Shown here in pieces: positions 33,192 to 40,869 of a stretch of DNA of 64,000 nt. The position numbers and the translations under genes were made by a program. The notes under the pieces are model-generated. The model worked only from the letters and a program-made list of their open reading frames with translations, had not been told where the DNA came from and did no database searches. The DNA is taken from contig CAWAIF010000003.1 in the NCBI GenBank assembly GCA_963782055.1, forward strand, positions 1,952,001-2,016,000, written 5' to 3'. Source of the stretch: an uncultured delta proteobacterium. Its GTDB lineage: Bacteria; Myxococcota_A; Polyangia; Polyangiales; Polyangiaceae. Position 1 is the stretch's first letter; every line of letters begins with the position of its first letter.

Positions 33192-34025
33192 ATGGCCAGG
33201 CGTGGCGCAACATGGCGAGGGCTGGCTCTCACGCTCGGCGTGTGGCTCGTCGTCTGCCGCGCGCCGCTCGAGCGCGACGCGCTCGGGTCGGCGCCCGCGT
33301 CCCCCGCGCCTCACCCGAGGGCCGCCGTCGCCGTGCTCGCGCCCGCCACGCCGGCGCCGGACGCGCAGAGCCCGCCGCAGACGTCGTGCCGCGAGGTGGC
33401 GCACGTCGGTGACTCGACGTCGCTCGGCCTCGTCTCGAGGCTCTTCCTGCCCGACGCCGACGACCGCATCGCCGCGCGCTACCACGATGTCGGCGTCGAG
33501 CGCTTCTGGCCGGAGATCAGCGGCGCGCGGAGCATGGTCGAGACCTACCGGCGCCAGCCGAACGCGACGCAGGTCGTCCGGCGTCGCGTCCGCAGCGGGT
33601 ACAAGGGCTGCTGGGTCATGGCGCTCGGCACCAACGATCCGGCGAACACCAGCGGCAACGTCGCGCGGCTGGGCGCGCGCATCGACGCCATCATGAGGCT
33701 CATCGGCGAGCACCGCGACGTGCTCTGGATGACCACCAAGACGCTCAAGCAGAAGGGCCCGTACCGGAACGAGAACATGGCCGGGTGGAACGAGGCGGTG
33801 AAGCGCTCCTGCGCCCGGCACCCCAACGTGCGCGTCTACGACTGGGCCGGCGAGGTGAAGGACGCCTGGTTCGCGCACGACGGCATCCACTACAACTCGC
33901 TCGGGTACCGCGAGCGCGCCGAGCGGATCGCCGACGCCCTCGCGCGCGCCTTCCCGAAGGACGGGCCGCTGCCCTCCGGGTGCCTCGTCCACGTCCACGG
34001 ACGCGTCGAGTCGCGCGCCCGGTAG
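33192..34025 (+). CDS. SGNH/GDSL hydrolase domain protein (OatA C-terminal-like)
   Basis: HVGDSTS, ALGTND, DW, DGIHY blocks; AGGAGG upstream. Confidence 0.8.
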   Translation: MARRGATWRGLALTLGVWLVVCRAPLERDALGSAPASPAPHPRAAVAVLAPATPAPDAQSPPQTSCREVAHVGDSTSLGLVSRLFLPDADDRIAARYHDVGVERFWPEISGARSMVETYRRQPNATQVVRRRVRSGYKGCWVMALGTNDPANTSGNVARLGARIDAIMRLIGEHRDVLWMTTKTLKQKGPYRNENMAGWNEAVKRSCARHPNVRVYDWAGEVKDAWFAHDGIHYNSLGYRERAERIADALARAFPKDGPLPSGCLVHVHGRVESRAR

Positions 34026-34615
34026 GACGCCAGCAGTCCGGGTCCGCCTGCAGCCCGTCCTCGGCCAGCTCGTCGAGCCGGCCTCCGCGGACGCGTCGGG
34101 CGCGGGACACGATCGCGCAGCCGCCGCGCGAGGCCATGCCGCGCGCCGGACCGGGGAACGAGTCCCCGAGATCGTCCGGTCGCGCGAAGACGCTCGCGTG
34201 GCGGCTGCGTGCCGCGGGACCGCTCGCGATCGACGGCGTGGAGAGGAGGTCGACCGGCTCTCGCCGATCGGTCCAAAGGTCCCCCGGTGGTGGTAACGGA
34301 GTGGGGGGCCGGACATCGCGCCCGGCTGCTCCCACCCGAGAAGCCGCCACGCAAGGCGCGATCTCACCGGCGTTGCGGCCGGCCCGCGCCACCTGCTCGG
34401 CTCATCGCCGCGCGCGAGGAGACCTCACGACCGGCGATGAACCGCGCGCCGGCGCCGCGGTCTTCGTCATGCTGCGAGCGGGAACCCCCGCGGGCCCCCG
34501 CACGCGCACAACCGCGCCGGGAGCACACCTCAAGACGGCCAGGCCGCCGCGACCTGACCGCCCCGCTGTGCTTCTCTGCTTGCGGGCGGGCCGGGGAGTC
34601 GGTCAACCTTCCGCC

Positions 34616-35671
34616 ATGACGCGCGCGTGGATGCTCTTGCCGGTGCTCTCCTTCGGTCTGGTTGGCGCCGTGGCGTCGGCGCAGGAGCCGGCCGCAGGCG
34701 CGACGGCGTCGGCCTCTGCCTCGGCGGCCACGCCACCGCCGCTGCCTGCCACGTCGGCCTCCGCGGCCGCCACGCCGTCGGCGTCGGCGAGCGCGGTCCC
34801 GTACCCGCCGCCCGCCGCCGGGGGCATCGCGGGCGCGCCCGCCGCGCCGCCGCCCGCCACCACCGGCGCGCCGGCCCCGGCCGCGTCCCCGCCGCCCGAC
34901 GCGAGCGCTCCACCGCCCCTCCCTGTCGCCGCGGCGCGGCCTCCCGCTCCGGGCGGTCGCTACGTCACCGCCGACACGCCGCTTCGCCTGCGCGATCTCA
35001 TCAAGGTGGAGGCCGACCGCGGTCGCGCGTCACGCTACTTCAGCGCGACGCTCGGCGTGCTGGGCGGGGCGGGCACGCTCGTGAGCGGCTTCGTCATGCT
35101 GGACACCACCAGCGGCGCCGCCGACAACGACCCCAACGCCGAGGCGGTCCGCGTCTACTCGTACCTCGTCATCGGCACCGGCGGACTCATCGCGCTGACC
35201 TCGCTCTACTCCTTCTTCTCCCGCTCCCCCATGGAGCGGCTCTACGACGCCTACGCGCCGGTCGCCGCGGACGGGAGCGTCCCGGTCAGCGTGCGGCTCG
35301 AGCGGGGGGAGTCGGCGCTGGCGGCGATGGCGGAGGCGGACCGCTCGTCGCGCATCATCAGCGGCGTGACCGGCCTCATCGGCGCGGCCGTGCTGGGCGG
35401 CTTCGCCGTCTACTTCGCCGCCAACAGCGGCCTGACGGACTACGACCGCGTCCTGTTCGGCATGGTGGGCGCCCTCTCCGGGGTCGCGGCGGCGGGGAGC
35501 GCCATCGCCTCGCTGACCTTCGAGCGGGGGGAGGCGGAGATCGCCTGGGAGCACTGGCAGGCGTCGCAGGGGATGCTCTCGTCCGGCGAGTCGCAGTCGC
35601 GGCTGACGCTGACGCCGCAGGTGGCCGTGCTGCCCGGCGGGATGCAGGCCGGGCTGGCGGCGCGGTTCTAG
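34616..35671 (+). CDS. Hypothetical membrane protein with signal peptide and Pro/Ala-rich linker
   Basis: Signal peptide, Pro/Ala-rich linker, four hydrophobic segments, C-terminal ...GLAARF. Confidence 0.7.
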   Translation: MTRAWMLLPVLSFGLVGAVASAQEPAAGATASASASAATPPPLPATSASAAATPSASASAVPYPPPAAGGIAGAPAAPPPATTGAPAPAASPPPDASAPPPLPVAAARPPAPGGRYVTADTPLRLRDLIKVEADRGRASRYFSATLGVLGGAGTLVSGFVMLDTTSGAADNDPNAEAVRVYSYLVIGTGGLIALTSLYSFFSRSPMERLYDAYAPVAADGSVPVSVRLERGESALAAMAEADRSSRIISGVTGLIGAAVLGGFAVYFAANSGLTDYDRVLFGMVGALSGVAAAGSAIASLTFERGEAEIAWEHWQASQGMLSSGESQSRLTLTPQVAVLPGGMQAGLAARF

Positions 35672-35673
35672 AT

Positions 35674-36702
35674 TTAGCTCGCCTCCACCTCGTCCCAGAA
35701 CTCGCCGACCAGCGCCTCCACGCGGGCGCGCACCGGCGCGCTCTCTAGGACCGACTTCACCGCGGGCCAGAGCGCGCGGGCGAGGGGCCTGACATCGGGC
35801 GTGACGGTGACGCCGTAGCGCTCCAGCACCTCGCCGACCGGCTCGGTGGCGTGCAGCTTCACCAGCTCCTCCACCGCGGCCCGCCGCTTCCTCTTCGCGT
35901 CCTCGAGGAGCATGGAGTGCTCCGTCAGGTCGAGCACGATGTCGTGCGCCAGCCCGGAGGTCTCGTCGTCGGCGTTGCGCACCAGCTCGCGGACCTCCCG
36001 CTCGTAGAGCCAGGCCAGGACGCTCTTTTGCACCACCCCGAACTTGGGGTCCTCCATCTTCTGGACGGTGAGGTCAGTCATCTTGTGGAGCGCGCGTCGG
36101 GAGAAGCCCTGGAGGAACTTGCGCATCTCCGGCTCCATGCGCTTCTCCAGCTCGGCCCGCACGTTCTCGATCGACTTGCTCACCGGGCCCAGCCCGAAGG
36201 GGCCGAGGCGCTTGAGGATGCCCGGCAGCCCCCAGTCGGCGACGAACGGGTTGACCTTCTCGTTGAACTCGACGAGCGCGTCGTAGAGCACGTCGCGCAG
36301 CGTCTCCTCCATGGCGTCCTGCTCGATGAGGCGCCGCACGAGCTCCTCGTCGACGAGGTTGGGCCGCTGCAGCAGGCGCTCCAGCTTGCCGCGCGTCTTC
36401 TCCGGCACCAGGTCACCGACCTTGGTCTTGTCCTCGCGCATGGCGGCGACCACCGAGGCGTGCACCGCGCGCGAGAGCGGCCGCACCGCCTTCTCGAAGT
36501 GCTCGGCGGCGAGGGCGGCCTCGACGGCGGCGACGAGACGTTCGGTCTCGACGATCTCGCCGAGCGGCCGCGCGAGGAGCGTCGCGTGCGCGGCGGCCGC
36601 GTCGGCGACGAAGTCCTCCTCCGCTTGCTCGGAGGTGACGCGACGGAGAAAGAACTCGACCTGGCGCGCGCGGAGCTCGGCGGGGGCGGGCAGTGGAGCC
36701 AT
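35674..36702 (-). CDS. Hypothetical helical protein
   Basis: 342-aa ORF with normal protein composition, unlike the overlapping shadow frames; no recognised motif. Confidence 0.75.
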   Translation of the reverse strand: MAPLPAPAELRARQVEFFLRRVTSEQAEEDFVADAAAAHATLLARPLGEIVETERLVAAVEAALAAEHFEKAVRPLSRAVHASVVAAMREDKTKVGDLVPEKTRGKLERLLQRPNLVDEELVRRLIEQDAMEETLRDVLYDALVEFNEKVNPFVADWGLPGILKRLGPFGLGPVSKSIENVRAELEKRMEPEMRKFLQGFSRRALHKMTDLTVQKMEDPKFGVVQKSVLAWLYEREVRELVRNADDETSGLAHDIVLDLTEHSMLLEDAKRKRRAAVEELVKLHATEPVGEVLERYGVTVTPDVRPLARALWPAVKSVLESAPVRARVEALVGEFWDEVEAS

Positions 36703-36740
36703 GGCCCCTCTTTACCGCACCGCGGTATGCTCGCGCCATC

Positions 36741-37601
36741 ATGCGCTCGCTCATCCGGAGCACGCTGGGCGCCTTCACCGGCCGCGGCGGGCGCTCGCTC
36801 GCCGGGGCGATCGCCTTCTACGCGATGCTCTCGGTCGCCCCGCTGCTGGTGATCGCCCTCCAGATCGCGGGCGCCCTGACCGGCGCGAGCGCGGCGCGGG
36901 CGGCCCTGCTCGATGACCTGACAGGCTGGGTCGGCAAGGACGGCGCCGCCACCATCATCGCCCTGGTCGACCGCGTGCACCGGCCCGGTGCGGGCTGGCA
37001 CAGCCTGCTGCCCATCGCCGTGATGCTCTACGCTTCGACGCGCCTCTTCAGCCAGCTGAAGCGTGCGCTGGACCAGGTCTGGGCGGTGTCGCCGCCGCAC
37101 GCGGCGGGTCTGCGTGACAAGGTGCGCGCGCAGCTCGGCAAGCGCCTCACCAGCTTCCTGCTCGTGCTTGGCGTCGGCCTCGTTTTGGTGGCGCTGGTCG
37201 CGGTGAGGGCGGGCTACGCGCACGCGGCGAGCGCGCTCGGCGGGGACCGGCCGCTGGCGTGGCGCATCACCGAGACCGGGTCGTCCGTCGCCATCGCCGC
37301 CCTTCTCTTCGCCGTGCTCTTCAAGGTGCTGCCGCACGCGAGCATCCCCTGGCGCGAGGCCCTGCTGGGCGGGCTCATCACCGCGGCCCTCTTCACGGCC
37401 GGCTCGAGCGTCGTCGGGGCGTACCTCTCGCACCGCGACGTCGCCGCGCGCTACGGCGAGGCGGGCTCGGTGGTCGTGCTCCTGCTGTGGGTGCACTACT
37501 CCTCTCAGGTGTTCTTGCTGGGCGCCGCCTTCACCGGCGAGTGGGCGCGGGAGCACGGACACCTGCCCGCCGCCACGCCTGCGCGCGAGGACGCCGCGTA
37601 G
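36741..37601 (+). CDS. YihY/virulence factor BrkB family membrane protein
   Basis: AIAFYAMLSVAPLL, LFKVLP, YGEAGSVVVLLLWVHYSSQVFLLGA. Confidence 0.9.
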   Translation: MRSLIRSTLGAFTGRGGRSLAGAIAFYAMLSVAPLLVIALQIAGALTGASAARAALLDDLTGWVGKDGAATIIALVDRVHRPGAGWHSLLPIAVMLYASTRLFSQLKRALDQVWAVSPPHAAGLRDKVRAQLGKRLTSFLLVLGVGLVLVALVAVRAGYAHAASALGGDRPLAWRITETGSSVAIAALLFAVLFKVLPHASIPWREALLGGLITAALFTAGSSVVGAYLSHRDVAARYGEAGSVVVLLLWVHYSSQVFLLGAAFTGEWAREHGHLPAATPAREDAA

Positions 37602-37691
37602 CGCGCCCGCAGCCGTTGCGTCGCCGCGCGAGCCGTGCGCGTCATCCGGTGGGGTTTCTCCGTGATTTCGGCGGGTTGCCGTGTGGCCCGG

Positions 37692-37708
37692 TGGAACGGA
37701 AGTTGAAT
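37692..37708 (+). promoter_or_regulatory. Possible sigma54-like promoter (imperfect -12) for the Hsp20 gene
   Basis: TGGAACG-GAAG-TTGAA versus consensus TGGCACG-N4-TTGCW; -12 is GA rather than GC. Strong SD AAAGGAGGTG at 37721-37730. Confidence 0.3.
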
Positions 37709-37736
37709 GGACAGCGGGCGAAAGGAGGTGAGTTAC

Positions 37737-38231
37737 ATGGCCAACATCGCAATCCGGAAGGACTCGCCTCAGGCGACGGCCCCTGCCAAGCAGGCCGAAG
37801 CGTGGGAGCCCTTCCGCTCGCTACGAGGTCTGCTGTCGTGGGATCCGTTCCGCGAGATGCAGCCCTACTTCGGCTCGCCCATGTACGAGGAAGAGCGCTA
37901 CCTGCCTGCCTTCGACGTGAAGGAGACGGCGGACGCGTTCCACTTCCAGGCGGACGTCCCCGGCATCAAGGACGCCGACCTGCAGGTGACCGTCACGGGC
38001 AACCGGCTGACGGTGACCGGCAAGCGCGAGGCCGAGCAGAAGAAGCAGACCGACACCTACTACGCCTACGAGCGCAGCTACGGGTCGTTCACCCGCTCCT
38101 TCACGCTGCCCGAGGGCGCCGACGTCCAGAAGACGCAGGCGGACCTCAAGGACGGCGTCCTCTCGGTCATCGTGCCGAAGAAGCCGGAGCAGCAGCCCAA
38201 GACCATCAACGTCAAGACGACGAAGTCCTGA
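37737..38231 (+). CDS. Hsp20/alpha-crystallin small heat-shock protein
   Basis: P.FDVKET, ADVPG, ERSYGSFTRSFTLP, ADLKDGVL...PK. Confidence 0.95.
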   Translation: MANIAIRKDSPQATAPAKQAEAWEPFRSLRGLLSWDPFREMQPYFGSPMYEEERYLPAFDVKETADAFHFQADVPGIKDADLQVTVTGNRLTVTGKREAEQKKQTDTYYAYERSYGSFTRSFTLPEGADVQKTQADLKDGVLSVIVPKKPEQQPKTINVKTTKS

Positions 38232-38244
38232 GCTGAGGTGATTC

Positions 38245-38430
38245 GTGACGCTCATGACGCCGCTTCGCATCTATGACGGCGAGAAAGGGCCGGGCACCGC
38301 CGCGGTGCACTGCCCCAGGCGCGGAAAGCCCACGCCGTTGCTCGTCTGCGAGGCGTGCGCCATGTGCGTTCACGTCTCCCGTCCCAGCGACCCGAGGGAC
38401 TGGGTCGTGATCTGCGCCGCGCCGGGTTGA
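38245..38430 (+). CDS. Small Cys-rich protein (putative metal-binding)
   Basis: VHCPRR...VCEACAMC...VIC; GAGGTG upstream; directly follows the Hsp20 gene. Confidence 0.5.
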   Translation: MTLMTPLRIYDGEKGPGTAAVHCPRRGKPTPLLVCEACAMCVHVSRPSDPRDWVVICAAPG

Positions 38431-38503
38431 TCCGGCGGTCTCGGAGTCCGCGAAGAGTTCCCTCCGGCGGGGACGCACGACGCGCGCAGCCGGAGGGCTC
38501 GCG

Positions 38504-39910
38504 TCAGATACGCAGCACGTCCCCGGGCGCCGGGACGTGGATGTCCGGGATGCCGTGCTGCTCCATCTTCTGCTCGAGGACCCGCTGCGACTGCGGCTCG
38601 CCGTGGACCAGCGCCACGTGCGCGAGGTGCCCGGCCTCCTTGACCGCGTCGGCGAAGGCGAGCAGGTCCGCCTGGTCGGCGTGCGCGGAGAAGCCGTTGA
38701 GGACGAAGACCTCCGCCCGCAGATCCCGCTCCACCCCGAAGATGCGCACGCGCGGGCGCCGCTCCACCAGCCGGCGGCCCAGGGTGTGCTGCGCCTGGAA
38801 GCCGACGATGCACACCGCGTTCTTCTCGCTCTCGATGAGGGCCTTGAGGTGATGCACGACGCGCCCGCCCTCGCACATGCCGCTCGCCGAGATGATGACG
38901 CACGGGTCCTTGCTCGCGTCGATGGCCTTGGAGTCGGCGACCTCCGAGATGTAACGCAGGTCTTCGAAGTCGAAGGGCGACTGGTGCCCGGCGAGCAGCG
39001 CGCGTGTCTCGTCGTCGTAGCAGTCGGGGTGCATCTTGAAGACCTCGGTGATGCGCACCGTGAGCGGCGAGTCGACGTAGACCGGCATCGACGGCATCGC
39101 GCCGCGCGCCTTCAGCCGCTTGAGGGCGAAGACGATCTCCTGCGCGCGCTCCAGGGCAAAGCTGGGGATGACGATCTTTCCACCACGCTCGTACACGCGC
39201 TTCAGGACGTGCGCGAGCGCGTCGTCCATCTCCTCGATGGGCGCGTGCAGGCGGTCGCCGTAGGTGCTCTCGCTGATCAGCGTCTGCGCGTCCGGCGGCA
39301 CCTCCGGGTCGCGCAGGATGGGGATGTGCTTGCGGCCCAGATCGCCGGTGAAGACGAGGCGCTTGTCGTGGCCGTCGTCCTCGATGTCCAGGATGGTGAT
39401 CGCGCTGCCCAGGACGTGCCCGGCGTCGACGAAGGTCACGCGCACGCCCGGCGCGATGGTGTGGCGTCGGTGGTAGGGGATGGAGATGGTGGCGTTGAGC
39501 ACGCCCAGCACGTCCTCCGGGCCGTAGAGCGGCTCCACCGGGTCCATCGGGGCGTGGTCCCGCTCGATGGCCCGATTGATGTACTCCGCATCGTACTTCT
39601 GGATCATCGCCGCGTCCTCCAGCATCGCGGCGCACAGGTCGCGGGTGGCGGGCGTGGTGTAGATGGGGCCATCGTAGCCCTGCTTGATCAGCAGCGGCAG
39701 CGCGCCGGAGTGGTCGATGTGGGCGTGCGAGAGGACGACGGCGTCCACGTCGGCGTGGTCGAAGCCCAGGTGCTGGTTCTTCTCAATCGACTCTCGCCGG
39801 CGACCCTGGAAGAGTCCGCAGTCGAGCAGGATGGTGGCGTGCTTGGTGCGCACCAGGTGCTTGCTGCCCGTGACGGTCTGCGCGGCGCCCACGAACTGGA
39901 TCTCGATCAT
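38504..39910 (-). CDS. MBL-fold beta-CASP ribonuclease (YSH1-like)
   Basis: GAAQTVTGSKH, DCGLFQG, SHAHIDHSG, AGHVLGS, FTGDLG, ESTYGDR, ISASGM, FSAHAD, VHGE. Confidence 0.95.
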   Translation of the reverse strand: MIEIQFVGAAQTVTGSKHLVRTKHATILLDCGLFQGRRRESIEKNQHLGFDHADVDAVVLSHAHIDHSGALPLLIKQGYDGPIYTTPATRDLCAAMLEDAAMIQKYDAEYINRAIERDHAPMDPVEPLYGPEDVLGVLNATISIPYHRRHTIAPGVRVTFVDAGHVLGSAITILDIEDDGHDKRLVFTGDLGRKHIPILRDPEVPPDAQTLISESTYGDRLHAPIEEMDDALAHVLKRVYERGGKIVIPSFALERAQEIVFALKRLKARGAMPSMPVYVDSPLTVRITEVFKMHPDCYDDETRALLAGHQSPFDFEDLRYISEVADSKAIDASKDPCVIISASGMCEGGRVVHHLKALIESEKNAVCIVGFQAQHTLGRRLVERRPRVRIFGVERDLRAEVFVLNGFSAHADQADLLAFADAVKEAGHLAHVALVHGEPQSQRVLEQKMEQHGIPDIHVPAPGDVLRI

Positions 39911-40030
39911 GGTCGAGAGGGTAGCCAAAACTCGGCGGCGCCGCAGCCTTCGCCAGTGCGGGCGCACGCGCTGCGCGTCCGACTCGGCCGCCCGCGCGCA
40001 TCCGCAGCCGTGGGGGGCCGCTCGTCGTGG

Positions 40031-40046
40031 TGGCCCTGGCCTTGCA
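40031..40046 (+). promoter_or_regulatory. Sigma54 (-24/-12) promoter candidate for the SDR gene
   Basis: TGGCCCT-GGCC-TTGCA with GG at 40032-40033 and GC at 40044-40045; predicted +1 near 40057, ATG at 40059. Confidence 0.55.
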
Positions 40047-40058
40047 AACGCTGCCCTC

Positions 40059-40829
40059 ATGGCGAAGCGATTCGACGGGATGGTGGCGCTTGTCACCGGG
40101 GCGGCTCGAGGCATCGGCGCGGCGACGTGCCGGCGGCTCGGCGACGAGGGGGCGACGGTCTTCGCGTGCGACGTGCTGGACGAGGAGGGCGAGGCCATGG
40201 TCCGCGACATGACCGCGGGCGAGCGCGACGCCTTCTACCTCCACCTCGACGTCGCGGTGCAGAGCCAGTGGCAGGCGGTCGTGCAGCAGGTGGCCGCGCG
40301 CGCGGGACGTCTGGACGTCCTCGTCAACAACGCCGGGATCGCCCGGCTCGAGGACATCGAGCAGGAGACCGTGGAGGGCTTCGCGCACGTCATCGCGGTC
40401 AACGAGACGGGGGTGTGGCTGGGGATGAAGAGCGCGATGGCGATGCTCAAGCAGTCCGGCGGGAGCATCGTCAACGTCGCGTCCATCCTCGGCACGGTGG
40501 GCGGCAACGGCACCGCCATCGCCTACCAGGCGTCGAAGGGGGCCGTGCGGCTGATGACCAAGAACGCCGCCATCCGCTACGCCAAGGAGGGCGTGCGGGT
40601 GAACTCGGTGCACCCGGGCTACATCGAGACGCCGATGGTGGCGCCCTTCCTCTCCGGCGAGACGGAGGTCGCCACGCAGATGCGCGCGTACGTGGAGGCG
40701 ACCACGCCGATGGGGCGGCTCGGCCGCTCGGAGGAGGTCGCCGCGGCGATCGCCTTCCTGGCGAGCCGCGACGCGACCTACGTGACCGGCAGCGAGCTCT
40801 ACGTCGACGGCGGCTGGACCGCGTGGTGA
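40059..40829 (+). CDS. Short-chain dehydrogenase/reductase
   Basis: TGAARGIG, NNAG, YQASK, VNSVHPG, VDGG. Confidence 0.95.
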   Translation: MAKRFDGMVALVTGAARGIGAATCRRLGDEGATVFACDVLDEEGEAMVRDMTAGERDAFYLHLDVAVQSQWQAVVQQVAARAGRLDVLVNNAGIARLEDIEQETVEGFAHVIAVNETGVWLGMKSAMAMLKQSGGSIVNVASILGTVGGNGTAIAYQASKGAVRLMTKNAAIRYAKEGVRVNSVHPGYIETPMVAPFLSGETEVATQMRAYVEATTPMGRLGRSEEVAAAIAFLASRDATYVTGSELYVDGGWTAW

Positions 40830-40869
40830 GCGACGCGTCGGTGCGCGCCTCGTGTAGGATGCGCCCATG

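Noticed and set aside
34026..34615. ~590-bp gap as a possible ncRNA or small gene
   Set aside because: No recognisable RNA family motif, repeat or convincing ORF by eye; an Rfam/Infernal search would be needed.
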